A stretch of DNA of 27,459 bases from an uncultured archaeon (GCA_964525635.1 CAZGJX010000046.1:2478-29936); one strand, 5' to 3'; positions 17,191 through 27,457 are shown, numbered from the stretch's first letter. Translations and numbers: made by a program. Notes: a model not told the origin generated them from the sequence alone.

Positions 17191-20100
17191 TTATTTTTTT
17201 AATTTCTCCATTGATTCATATGTGTACAGACGAATAATTCCTATTAGCTTTAGCGCCTTACTTCCTAAAATTTTCGATTCATCTTGTTTTCCCGTCATTA
17301 TCTCGTGTTGATCAAAATAGAGATAAACCTCATCAAGAAAGCGTTCTATTGATTCTTGTCTCCACTCGTTAAACATAGAATCGTCTGGAACATGTTCAGC
17401 AGCCTCTTTTATTTTTTCTAATTCCTCATTTAGATTTTTTAATGGTACTTCAATATCTCTCTTGATATTATCTAGCTTACTTTCAGAAAGAAAACGAAGA
17501 AATCGTTCTACAACTTTAGGTTCCACACCCCAAAGTTTTTTCCCCTTGTTCATAATATCGTAATATTTTTTATTGCCTTTTTCAATTTTCTTAATCATTT
17601 TTGAGGCAGTATCTTTCTGGCGAAGTTTTTCTTCTAATTTCTTTACAATAGATGCCGTTCTTTCGTATATCTCCTCAGGTGTTTCAAAGATATTTCTTAG
17701 GGTTTCTCGAACGCATCTCATTATTTTTTCAACTACATGTTTTGCTGTAATTATACCTGATTCAGATTGTAATCCTGGAAATTCTTTATTAAAATCATCA
17801 GGTTCATAACACCAATAGGTAGAAGGTCTCTTGATCCCTTTCTGAGTAACCTCAATTGCAACCACCAAACCTGAACGATCCGAAGTCAACATCCCTGAGA
17901 ATATTCCATTTGGTAGTCTATCAAACATTTTAATTCCTATTTCCTTAATTGCCGTCAATAAATCTTTCTTTGATTGATTTAAACCAATAAATTCCAATTT
18001 ATTCTCGTATTCTTCAATGATATCCGTATCTTGTTCTTTAATTCTTTTCAGATTCTGGTATTCTAGATCAGACTCTAACACTGGGGCATCTAATTCGATT
18101 GCAGCATCGATCTTCCTCAATCTCAAGTAAATTCTCTTCATAAGATTTAACAAAGCTTCGAGACCCTCCTCTAGAAAGAAATTATGGATAAATATTTTTT
18201 CATGACAAGAGCCTAACCTATCAATTCTCCCAGCTCTCTGAATCATTCGTACAGGATTCCAATGAAGATCATAATTTATCACATGTTTTGCATCTTGAAG
18301 GTTCTGACCTTCAGAGAGCACATCTGTCGAAATAAGAATGTCAATTTGCTCTTCTTTAGGTATATCTTTTGATGAAGATATGGGGGCAAATCGATCAATA
18401 ATTTCTTTTCTCTTCTTTCTAGAATTTACTTTTCCTGAAATTATTTCAATTTTGGGATTATTCAGATCGCTTAAATATTCTTTATCTTTTAGAATAGATT
18501 CGTAAATATAGCTTGCTGTATCCTCAAAAAAAGAGAATATTACGGTTTTTTTTTCTTTATAATCTGCAGCGTCGTTTATTATTAACTTTAACTTGATTTT
18601 TAACTCCAATAATTTAAAATCGTTATTATTGAGAATTTTTTCCATTATTTCGAGAATATCATTTAGAATTTCTACTTCTTCATTGAGGGCTTCGGAAAAT
18701 TGGTTTTTAAATTCCTTTTGAAAATGTACTAGATCTAAATCTTCAATCTTACCTTGAGTTTTTAGGGATTTTAAAGTTTGGTCTACTTGATTATCGTATT
18801 CCACTAATGAAACCTCAAGAAGGTCAAAAGGATCGATGTCTTCGTCTATTTTTTCATCGAAAAAGTCAATAAATTGCTTAATTATTTTAGATTTGATGTG
18901 GAATCCTTTTTGGACTGCGATATCTGAGATTTTATAGAAAAGGATTAAGTTTTTTACGCTTCTTATAAAACAAAATACTGAACTTTCGAGTCGTTTTAAT
19001 AGCGTCGTGGTTAAAAGAGGAACAATTGACTTAGAACTTCTAATTACTTCAGCGTCTTGATATTGTTCCAACTTAAATTTCTCTATACTAAATGGTGTGG
19101 CTTCCCAACCTCGTAAAAGTTCAAATATACATTCATATAGAATATTGGAAGGTGTTTCTGGAATATCAACTCTTTCCTCCTCGCTTTTTAATTCATTGGG
19201 CTTTTCTATAAGACGCGAATTAAATAAATCTCTAACCATTTGACAAGAAAGACCATCACAAATTTGTTTTAAAATTAATTGTTCGTTTATTATTTGGTAA
19301 TAGATTGTATCGAGTTCTCGGTCTGGGAATTCAATTTTTCTACCATCGGGAAGTAATATATCTTGCTTCAATACCTTTTGCCTGTATCGAATAATTGAGC
19401 GGCTTCTTGCAACAATTAAATGGTCAGTTATAAGATTAATATCATCTCCACTGCTTTCTTTATCAATATTTTTAAAAAACTCTTTTAGGTCAGGAATATT
19501 TAGCGAATCGTTGAGAGCTGTATCCTTATTTTTAAAGATTAATTTTAATTGATGATATAAGTCCATATATCCAATATTTATAGGAGTTGCGGTTAATAAT
19601 ATAATTTTTGGATCCTTTCGAGCTAAAATAGATAAAAAATTCTTATAACGTTTGGGTTTAGGATTGCGAAAATTATGGGATTCATCTACCAAAATAAAAT
19701 CGAATGCTCTTCGCTCAATAGCTTGCCGACTCATCATTTCTTGACTGTATATTGTGAAAGAATTAAATCCCGAATCAATTAACAAATCGTGCCACATATC
19801 TTGGAGTTGAGCGGGACATACAATTAATATATCGTTATTCATGGGCGGGGCTCGTAGACTTAATGTTCTTAAAAGAGCAATTCCAATATATGATTTACCT
19901 AATCCAACCGCATCAGCAATCAGTACGCCTCCGAATTCTTCAATAATATCCAGAGCACGCGATACACCTTCACGTTGGAACTCTGCTAATCTGACTATTT
20001 CATCCTCATGTTCAAGTGTTCTTTGGAGCTCATATTTATGATATTCAAATACTATTTTTAAAAATACTATGAAGGGATCATATTCTTTATTTCCGAACTT

Positions 20101-20745
20101 AGAATTCTGCAAAAGATCGACTAATTTGCACCGATAATCGTAGGTTTTTCGTGAATTGAAAAAGTGTTCAAACCAATCCTTCAAGTGTTTCAAGCTATCC
20201 TCGTCGTCTATGGAGATGTTGAGTTCTGTGTTTCCTAATAACCCTCCATTAGTAAAATTTGAGGATCCTACTATGGCTATATTTGGGAATAAATACATTT
20301 TTCCATGTAGACGAGGACTCGGATGAATTCTTAATTGATTTATATATTGCACCTCAGGTTTGGACGATTTTATATTTTCAGGGAATGTGTCCCAGTTGGG
20401 TTTTTTTTTTTCTAAGAAGGCAATTAAGGAGCTAATGTGAGCTCGGTTTTGCTTATATTCAGTTATGGGTATTTCATCTAGCATTTGAAGGAATGCTTCT
20501 TGAATTTCCCTTTCAGTATTTTTCGCACTTCGATACTCCCACCCTAATAAAATTCGGCAGGAATTTAGGGTTAATAGTTGGTTCCCAAGTAGCTCCCAGG
20601 CTTTTAAATTAAAAAAACCAGTTGCGATATCTAAAGTATCTGGTTTTAGATTTTCAATATATTCTTTAAGAGCGTCCTTCAAAGTATATCTCTCTAGGGT
20701 TTGACTTTTCGGTTCATTATCAATTATTTTCCTCAATAATATCAA
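17191..20745 (-). CDS. PLD-nuclease / SNF2-family helicase fusion
   Basis: IATGFF, LHGKMY..GSSNFT.GGL.GNTELN (PLD); ADAVGLGKS, VDESHNFRN, LLTATP, STDVLSEGQNLQ, NYDLHWNPVRMIQRAGRIDR. The start may be the TTG three codons downstream (MRKIIDN). Confidence 0.9.
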   Translation of the reverse strand: MILLRKIIDNEPKSQTLERYTLKDALKEYIENLKPDTLDIATGFFNLKAWELLGNQLLTLNSCRILLGWEYRSAKNTEREIQEAFLQMLDEIPITEYKQNRAHISSLIAFLEKKKPNWDTFPENIKSSKPEVQYINQLRIHPSPRLHGKMYLFPNIAIVGSSNFTNGGLLGNTELNISIDDEDSLKHLKDWFEHFFNSRKTYDYRCKLVDLLQNSKFGNKEYDPFIVFLKIVFEYHKYELQRTLEHEDEIVRLAEFQREGVSRALDIIEEFGGVLIADAVGLGKSYIGIALLRTLSLRAPPMNNDILIVCPAQLQDMWHDLLIDSGFNSFTIYSQEMMSRQAIERRAFDFILVDESHNFRNPKPKRYKNFLSILARKDPKIILLTATPINIGYMDLYHQLKLIFKNKDTALNDSLNIPDLKEFFKNIDKESSGDDINLITDHLIVARSRSIIRYRQKVLKQDILLPDGRKIEFPDRELDTIYYQIINEQLILKQICDGLSCQMVRDLFNSRLIEKPNELKSEEERVDIPETPSNILYECIFELLRGWEATPFSIEKFKLEQYQDAEVIRSSKSIVPLLTTTLLKRLESSVFCFIRSVKNLILFYKISDIAVQKGFHIKSKIIKQFIDFFDEKIDEDIDPFDLLEVSLVEYDNQVDQTLKSLKTQGKIEDLDLVHFQKEFKNQFSEALNEEVEILNDILEIMEKILNNNDFKLLELKIKLKLIINDAADYKEKKTVIFSFFEDTASYIYESILKDKEYLSDLNNPKIEIISGKVNSRKKRKEIIDRFAPISSSKDIPKEEQIDILISTDVLSEGQNLQDAKHVINYDLHWNPVRMIQRAGRIDRLGSCHEKIFIHNFFLEEGLEALLNLMKRIYLRLRKIDAAIELDAPVLESDLEYQNLKRIKEQDTDIIEEYENKLEFIGLNQSKKDLLTAIKEIGIKMFDRLPNGIFSGMLTSDRSGLVVAIEVTQKGIKRPSTYWCYEPDDFNKEFPGLQSESGIITAKHVVEKIMRCVRETLRNIFETPEEIYERTASIVKKLEEKLRQKDTASKMIKKIEKGNKKYYDIMNKGKKLWGVEPKVVERFLRFLSESKLDNIKRDIEVPLKNLNEELEKIKEAAEHVPDDSMFNEWRQESIERFLDEVYLYFDQHEIMTGKQDESKILGSKALKLIGIIRLYTYESMEKLKK

Positions 20746-20759
20746 CTCATTTTAAAATA

Positions 20760-23700
20760 TTATAATTCATTATGTAATAACTCAGATACTAATTCGTCTA
20801 GACCATCTAAATCTTCATCAATATGGTTATAGATTGCATTTTCTAGTTTTTGACCAGACTTAATAATTTCTAATCTATCTTCTATATTGCTAGGTATCAA
20901 TTTTTTTTTTGTTGATTTTTTTAGTTTTTTATTTATATCTTCCATTTCTTTTTTAATCCAATTATCTACGAAATTTTTTACTTTAACCTCGAATAATTTA
21001 CCGTATTTTGAAATATCTTGGTGTAATTTATTTTCTGGATTCCATAGAGGAATTGGAAAATCAAAGGGATGTTTATGAATATTTCTTTCATCCTTTATTT
21101 CAATTATCGAAAATGTTAATAACTTTGAATTTAGAACTGCAAGTAAATAATATAATTCAGTATAATCTTCTGTAGTAACTCCATAATAGTAGCATGAAGT
21201 ATCAATTAAATATTCTCCAATAACCAGAGCAGCCTTTAAATGTATTCTGGAAGATGCATTATAGACAATCTTAAAATTATTATTTTGCATTGGTTTTGTT
21301 AAATCTTGATGAAAATCCAATCTATCCCAGAGTGTAATAATATCTTGGCCGGTAACTTCATCTTTCTTTTTTTTTCGATGTTTATCCCATTCAGATTGAA
21401 GAAATTCCCAGTGATTCTTACATTCTTCTGGCATATTCTCATCAAAAGAATAAGCATCTTCAGTACTCCTTATTGGTAGAAAAGCCTTATAAGTATTAAA
21501 AATATAAAAAGGACAAAGTGAATCTGATTTTATTATATTAAAAATATAAGCTGAATCTATTGATACGCTCTTATAAGGAACATATTTCCATGGATTCTTA
21601 GACCATTTTAATTGATCTTCGTCACAGACATAATGATCATCAATCCTTCTTACAAAAAAAAGATTTCGAGGATTAAAATGAGTACCTAAGTAAAATTTTC
21701 CGTGATATTGCGATTTACTTAATGGAGGTAATCTTTGTTTAATTTCGTATGGTATAAATCTCCCGATTGAATAAAAAGTTCTTCTTTTTTTTCCACTACC
21801 TCTCGTAATTTTATCAACAAAAGCAGGTATCCAATTTTCTGAATATTTTGTTTTATATTCCTCAAAAGACCAGGCTCCATCAAATTTAGGTTGAAAATTT
21901 CTATAAACCATTCTTAGTCGTTTTTCAATTTCTATACTTGATTCTTTTTCACGATTTTTTTTATGTCCTGCTAAGACAACAAACTCTTCTGTGAATGGTC
22001 TTGGCTTTTCGAAATCCCACATTTCTATATCTTTAAGATTTTTAAATTGTCGAAAACAATCATTATGAGAACCTTTATTAACAGCTCTTGGTACTAAAAA
22101 TATTATTTTAGCATTTTTTTTTAAATACATCTCTGTACACTGAAATAGGAATAAAGAGGATATTTCTAAATTTGAAACATTTGCAGTTTTACTTGGACTA
22201 ATCCCAACATTTTTTGCCAAAATTTTCATTTGATTTTGATATTCTGATGAATATATACTATTTAATCCAATCCAAGGAGGATTTCCAATAACTAAATCCA
22301 TTTGATTCCTTACTAATTTAGTTCCTATTGAATTATATAGTAAATAAACCCATATATGATCTCTATCCTCTAAGTATAGTTGATATAATTGCGAAATGAT
22401 ATCGTGCAAGTTATCCTTATAAGTTTTTATCAATTCTGATGATTGAAACTGAATATTGTTTTCTAACCAATCTTCTCTGAACTTTCTATCAAAATTTTGT
22501 ATTATATTATCTAAACTTCTATCTCTGACCATTAATTCGTCAATATATTGTAGAAATCGAATGAAATCGCGCAGATAATTGTATGAATTTTCTTTATTGG
22601 GAATCTGAAAAAATTTTTCATTGATTAAAATATTTTGATCTTTAGCAATTGTAAAACTCTCATATATTCCATATTCCATATTCATCTGAGGTACTCGTTT
22701 TAAAGGAAAAATTGAATCAGTTAAAAAAACATTTACAGGTAGATGTTTATTAGGTAACTCTTCAATATGGAGTAATAGGTTAGCTTTAGACACTAAGACT
22801 GCAATTGGATTAATATCAAAGCCATAAATATTTGTTATTGCATTATATTGCTTTTCTAATGATTCACCTGAGTTTATAATTTCTTGCAGTATTTGTATTA
22901 AAAATGTTCCTGATCCACATGCGGGATCAAGAACTTTCATACCAAAAGAATAAGCATCCTCAACTAATAGTCGAGCCAATTCTGGAGGAGTATAAAACTC
23001 GCCTAGCGCGTGTCGGGTTGCTGGAGAAACCATATCTTGATATATTACTCGAAAGACATCAACCGTCTCGTAGTCTGCATTCTTTAACGCTCTATATAAT
23101 AGTTCTCTAATATTTACTAATTCATTGCCCCAAGAATAGAAATCATTTATGAAAATTTCTATCCCTCGACTTTCAAAATACTCTGAAAGTTCAACAAATG
23201 AATTACTTGAATTTACGACTTTATCAGGTAGATACTTGCAAAATAGAACTATTTTAATTATTGAGGAAAGGTATGTATGTTTTATGAAAAGCTCTTCGTC
23301 AATATCTTTTGTTTGGTACACTTTTCCAAAAAAACGCTTCCATTCCTTTTTAATAAAGTCGATTTTCTTCTTGTTATTATCTATGAAAGCTTTAAATTCA
23401 TATTTAGCTCTAATAAAAAGCGGAGAAAACTCTCCAAATTGTTGCTCAAATGTTTCAGCATTGAATGCAGCCTTTACATCGAAGCATGACACTAAACTCG
23501 TCAAAAATCCCATTAAAGATTCTGAATCTTTTTTCTTATCAGAATATTCTAAAGTATCGTATAAATTTCCTTTCACATCATAAAAACAGAAGGCATTTTT
23601 GTACAAGACAATAATATCTTCCAAATTTTCACTAGTAGATTCGTGAAATTCTCCGATAATCGTCATTAAGTTATTTTTTACCCAATTTTCTTCTGTTGAT

Positions 23701-24350
23701 TTTTTAGAGATTAATACTTTTAATACGGATCTTTTCAATGGAGCTTCCTTTCTTGGAGCTATTAAGTCCAAATCTCCTTTTATGTACAAACCTGAGCGTT
23801 TAAACAATAGAAATGTATTATTTTCGTCTTTATTCAGTATGGTCCTATATAATTTTTTAGCAGTTAAAGTATGCTTTGCTTGTAGGATTGAAGCTGTTAA
23901 TCCCTTTGGATCTACTAAAGGTTTTTTATTTAAAAGATCTCCTATAAAACGATCAATTTTTGCAGATGGATTATCGAGCTTAAAGATCATCTCTTCTATT
24001 ATGTCGTCAGAGATTATAGATATCCATAACTGAGAAAAATCTTTAGTGAAAAAAATTACATAATCTCCATAGCTTTCCATTACTTCAGAAATTATTAATT
24101 TTCGCCAATTTCTTTTATTTGCTCTTTTTGGAGCTATTACTAACCAAACTTGAAATTCCATCTCGTGGTATACTACTTGATATAACTCCTCAATATTTTT
24201 TGAAATTGAAGTCTTCTTAAGACTTGGAATAAGTTTGGGATCCATTTTTTCTGGATCTCCTAAATTATAACCAGCTTTATGAAAAATTTGGTAAAAATTC
24301 TCAACCGTTTTAAAATCTTCTGGTTTCCATAAAATTTCTTTTATGCTCAT
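20760..24350 (-). CDS. Type IIG/Eco57I-like N6-adenine DNA methyltransferase with C-terminal target-recognition domain
   Basis: GEFYTP, LDPACGSGTF, GFDINP, IGNPPW; C-terminal YYLLAVLNS...FPIP typical of the specificity region. Confidence 0.88.
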   Translation of the reverse strand: MSIKEILWKPEDFKTVENFYQIFHKAGYNLGDPEKMDPKLIPSLKKTSISKNIEELYQVVYHEMEFQVWLVIAPKRANKRNWRKLIISEVMESYGDYVIFFTKDFSQLWISIISDDIIEEMIFKLDNPSAKIDRFIGDLLNKKPLVDPKGLTASILQAKHTLTAKKLYRTILNKDENNTFLLFKRSGLYIKGDLDLIAPRKEAPLKRSVLKVLISKKSTEENWVKNNLMTIIGEFHESTSENLEDIIVLYKNAFCFYDVKGNLYDTLEYSDKKKDSESLMGFLTSLVSCFDVKAAFNAETFEQQFGEFSPLFIRAKYEFKAFIDNNKKKIDFIKKEWKRFFGKVYQTKDIDEELFIKHTYLSSIIKIVLFCKYLPDKVVNSSNSFVELSEYFESRGIEIFINDFYSWGNELVNIRELLYRALKNADYETVDVFRVIYQDMVSPATRHALGEFYTPPELARLLVEDAYSFGMKVLDPACGSGTFLIQILQEIINSGESLEKQYNAITNIYGFDINPIAVLVSKANLLLHIEELPNKHLPVNVFLTDSIFPLKRVPQMNMEYGIYESFTIAKDQNILINEKFFQIPNKENSYNYLRDFIRFLQYIDELMVRDRSLDNIIQNFDRKFREDWLENNIQFQSSELIKTYKDNLHDIISQLYQLYLEDRDHIWVYLLYNSIGTKLVRNQMDLVIGNPPWIGLNSIYSSEYQNQMKILAKNVGISPSKTANVSNLEISSLFLFQCTEMYLKKNAKIIFLVPRAVNKGSHNDCFRQFKNLKDIEMWDFEKPRPFTEEFVVLAGHKKNREKESSIEIEKRLRMVYRNFQPKFDGAWSFEEYKTKYSENWIPAFVDKITRGSGKKRRTFYSIGRFIPYEIKQRLPPLSKSQYHGKFYLGTHFNPRNLFFVRRIDDHYVCDEDQLKWSKNPWKYVPYKSVSIDSAYIFNIIKSDSLCPFYIFNTYKAFLPIRSTEDAYSFDENMPEECKNHWEFLQSEWDKHRKKKKDEVTGQDIITLWDRLDFHQDLTKPMQNNNFKIVYNASSRIHLKAALVIGEYLIDTSCYYYGVTTEDYTELYYLLAVLNSKLLTFSIIEIKDERNIHKHPFDFPIPLWNPENKLHQDISKYGKLFEVKVKNFVDNWIKKEMEDINKKLKKSTKKKLIPSNIEDRLEIIKSGQKLENAIYNHIDEDLDGLDELVSELLHNEL

Positions 24351-24435
24351 TTTATCATATCTTACTCTTAATATACAAAAAATTGCATTTATCCCTTATT
24401 ATATTTTCTTATTTTATGTGTTTTATAACAAAAGA

Positions 24436-25035
24436 TTAAAAAAACATGGGTGCGATTATGCTAAATCTGATGCTATTTTTTAGTAAGATAAATCCTTGTG
24501 AGTTTTGGAGGATAAAAATATCGTCTCCTATAATGCGATAGCTTTCCCCTATCAAGTTGAAATCGTAAAAAGTATCGTTTAATCTTAATACTATGTGATT
24601 GTCTTTTCTTTCAAGCAATGTAGCTAAGTAATCTATTCTTTTTTCCTTCAATTTTAGAATAAAATCATTATGAATATTCCGTACATTTATAACTGTATCT
24701 TTATTCTCGATTGCACCGATTATCATAGAACTTTGATGATTAATATAGGTTTTAGTGTCCTCTAATAGAATCCATCCGTTACCTAAGATTTTTTTCCATT
24801 CTCGTTCAGTTGGGTCTTTTTTCCTATAGAGAGAAATGATATTTATGAGTTCTCCCTTGCTCATCTTGCTACGATTCTGTATTTTGTGGTCTCGGGCGAT
24901 TTCTTGGAGAGTTTTAATGGAGTGTATATTTAGATCCTCCGATACATTCGATTTCAAAGTGTTATTGATGTAATTTCTCACGAAAGGAGTTAGCTCTAAC
25001 TGGGTCAAATCCTTTCTTTCTTTACCATTTGTCAT
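24436..25035 (-). CDS. Hypothetical protein with Rho-N/HeH-like nucleic-acid-binding motif
   Basis: SIKTLQEIARDHKIQNRSKMSKGELINII matches the Rho termination factor N-terminal (HeH) pattern; remainder not recognised. Confidence 0.6.
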   Translation of the reverse strand: MTNGKERKDLTQLELTPFVRNYINNTLKSNVSEDLNIHSIKTLQEIARDHKIQNRSKMSKGELINIISLYRKKDPTEREWKKILGNGWILLEDTKTYINHQSSMIIGAIENKDTVINVRNIHNDFILKLKEKRIDYLATLLERKDNHIVLRLNDTFYDFNLIGESYRIIGDDIFILQNSQGFILLKNSIRFSIIAPMFF

Positions 25036-25280
25036 ATTTGAATTCTTTAAACTTATATTAATTATTGATATTAAAAACTCAAATAAAAACTAAGTTATTG
25101 ATTACTAAATAATTTATTCACATAAGGAAGGGATTAGAAATTATAAAGGCTAAAAAGTGTGATAGGGGAAAAATAATGAGATCAAGTAAAATGGTCCGGT
25201 TCAAAAAAAAAAGTTCAGAAAGTTCAACTAAAATATTCTCATATTGAGAATACAATTCTTATTAATAAAAATAGAGAGTT

Positions 25281-25535
25281 TAAAAAAAATGTCATTTCAT
25301 TTTTTTTGTCATTTCATTTTTTGCTTATTTATCATTTCATTTTTCGAAACCACAACAATTATTTAAAATCTAATGTGAGTTTTCAAAAATAACCCAAAAT
25401 CCTTTATAAATAAATTAGTATTTTGACAACTTATTTTTCAAAATAATCCATAATTTTTCAGAAATAATATAAAAACCTTTATAAAGAGAATTTTTAAAAT
25501 TTTTATTTGAGTTTTCATAAATAATACAAAACTTA
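25281..25535. repeat. Non-coding repeat unit, copy 1 (candidate back-to-back transposon ends)
   Basis: T(G/A)TCATTTCATTTTT at 25290, 25307 and 25330, then ...AAACCACA (25354); 19-bp spacer; TGTGAG at 25374, then TTTTCA(N)AAATAA at about 25380, 25435, 25455 and 25512. Confidence 0.85.
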
Positions 25536-25805
25536 ACTAAAAAAAAGAAATTTATCTTTCCTTTTTCTCAAAAATTAGTAGTAAACTTAAAGATCATTTT
25601 CAATAATAAAGAGAAAATATTTTAGAGATACTATTTTTTTTAAAAATTAATTTTTTAATCCCTTTTTCCCGTTAATTCAAAAAATTATTTCATTCTAAAA
25701 GTAATATTTTTAAAAAGAGTGTAAAAACCAATATTAAATTCAATATTCGAATTATTTTATTTGATAAAGAAATCTTATATAATATTCTTTATTAATCACT
25801 TTATA

Positions 25806-26819
25806 ATGAAAGTGATATTTACTCAAGGATTTTGTATTTTATTAAAGGAACTTATTACTGTCGATGATATAAAGCCTTTGTTATCACACTTCAATCCTAT
25901 GTGTTCAAGTTCTAAAAAAAAAGAAATTAATGATGAAAAATATAAAATTATATCAGAAGCTCAAAAAAAATCGATGGAAAAATGGATGACTATAGGTTCT
26001 TTATATATTGATTTGCCAGATAATGATGGGAGAATACTAATTGATATTGTAGATAATCAATGGCCAGATCATATGGGTGATGTTAAAGATGAGGTTGGTC
26101 TGTTTTCAGCGTGGTCAATGGGATATTTTGGACCATTCGTATATCCTAAATCTTTAGAACGAGCATTATTGTGTTATAACCAATTCAAAGAATCTAATGC
26201 ACATATCCCTAAACATCAAGCATTTATACGTATTCTTATGACATATACTAAAAAGCAAGATAATCCAGAAAATCCAGATAATTATGATCCTTTAAAAGAA
26301 TTAATGTATATGAATAAAATTACAAGTAAATTATTGGAGCATCCAGAAACTTTATATTATTTCAATCCTAATGGTGAGGTTTTACTTAATAAAGAGCAAT
26401 TTGATAATAAACTCCTTCATTATCAGAAATATAATACTCCACCAATTCCAATCTGGAGTAATGTACGAAGAATTAAATTGGAGGATAATTGGACTTTAAT
26501 GGACAGTGTTGGGGCCCAGCAATTAGATTTGTGTGATATTGAAGTGGTTTTTCCAAATGATTATGCACCATCAAATCATATTTTTGAAGTTATTATGAAT
26601 TCCATACTTTATTTAATAAATCAGGGATTAGGATTTAATGATGGAGAAACAATAGATGGAGTTTATGGATATATTTGGCATATTGGGGTATTTGAGAAAA
26701 GTTTATCTGTTCCTCCAAGAAAAGTGTATCGTTTTTATCCTTCAGATATTAAAGAATTTCCTTCATTTTTGCATTATGATAAAATATTTGAACCTGATAG
26801 CAATAAGAAAGATACATAG
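25806..26819 (+). CDS. DUF4261-like domain protein
   Basis: C-terminal MDSVGAQQLDLCDIEVVF...YLINQG..FNDGETIDG pattern. ATG 25806 (MKVIFTQG) preferred over TTG 25761. Confidence 0.65.
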   Translation: MKVIFTQGFCILLKELITVDDIKPLLSHFNPMCSSSKKKEINDEKYKIISEAQKKSMEKWMTIGSLYIDLPDNDGRILIDIVDNQWPDHMGDVKDEVGLFSAWSMGYFGPFVYPKSLERALLCYNQFKESNAHIPKHQAFIRILMTYTKKQDNPENPDNYDPLKELMYMNKITSKLLEHPETLYYFNPNGEVLLNKEQFDNKLLHYQKYNTPPIPIWSNVRRIKLEDNWTLMDSVGAQQLDLCDIEVVFPNDYAPSNHIFEVIMNSILYLINQGLGFNDGETIDGVYGYIWHIGVFEKSLSVPPRKVYRFYPSDIKEFPSFLHYDKIFEPDSNKKDT

Positions 26820-26960
26820 TTGAATAAAGGAAATATGACCAGTGAATCTTTCCTTTTGAGATAATCCTTTTCCATACTCAAAAATTTATATATTTTCTAA
26901 TCTTTTAATCACCCAATCTTGTCTCTTTAAATATTTATCTGAAATAAATTCTATTTTGAT

Positions 26961-27190
26961 TAAAAAAAATGTCAAATCATTTTTTTTGTCATTTCATTTT
27001 TTCCTTATTTATCATTTCTTTTTTAAAAACCACTCGTATTAATTAATTTATGTGATCTTTCAGAAATAATCCAAATTTCTTTTTAAAAAACTCAGAAGAA
27101 TAGCGACCAATTTTTCAAAATAATCCAAAAACCTTTATAAAGAGAATTTTTAAAATTTCAATTTTAGTTTTCATAAATAATATATAACTA
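26961..27190. repeat. Non-coding repeat unit, copy 2 (direct repeat of copy 1)
   Basis: Left part offset exactly 1680 bp from copy 1 (sites at 26970, 26987, 27010); TGTGAT at 27051; identical 32-mer AAAAACCTTTATAAAGAGAATTTTTAAAATTT at 25471 and 27127; one internal site missing. Confidence 0.85.
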
Positions 27191-27367
27191 GGAAGAAAAG
27201 TAAAGAGATTTTTTTAAATGTTCTAAAAACATACAGAACTCTTTATTCCCATAGATTAATAGATATAAGATTAATAGGACTCGAGAAAAATCTAAAAGCA
27301 ATACAAAAAATTATCTTATGTGATATAAGACAGTATAAATTGTTTAAGCATAATTAAGTTAAGGAAT

Positions 27368-27457
27368 TCAATTTAACCAAATTGAATCCGTTTTTTTTTC
27401 TCTTATAATCGTCATTGCTTGATTCAATTCTGTTTCTGTTAGGTTTATTTTAGAATT
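27368..27457 (-). CDS. Possible 3' end of a gene entering from the right edge
   Basis: Open frame NSKINLTETELNQAMTIIREKKTDSIWLN-TGA; too short to classify. Confidence 0.3.
   Translation of the reverse strand, partial: NSKINLTETELNQAMTIIREKKTDSIWLN

Larger units (their letters stand above)
1..25354 (+). mobile_element. Tn7-like transposon (left boundary not seen, probably outside the window)
   Basis: tnsAB-tnsC core, defence-type cargo, and a candidate end reading TGTGGTTTCG plus 3x AAAAATGAAATGA(C/T)A on the - strand from 25354. Inclusion of the Ago operon is inferred from the lack of an end between 7478 and 7661. Confidence 0.55.

Noticed and set aside
11734-24033. Short antisense ORFs in the track (11734, 13426, 16580, 16874, 17573, 19841, 20887, 22904, 23149, 23277, 23782)
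   Set aside because: All overlap long motif-bearing genes on the opposite strand and most have Phe/Ser/Ile-rich shadow composition.
25290-25345. TGT at 25290 as the start of a rightward-facing element
   Set aside because: This TGT is part of the repeated site itself (recurring at 25307). The ACA at 25352-25354, or 25355-25357, fits a terminal-octamer-plus-sites layout better.
26886-26960. Short - strand frame IKIEFISDKYLKRQDWVIKRLENI as a truncated gene remnant
   Set aside because: Only about 24 codons with no start or motif; cannot be supported.
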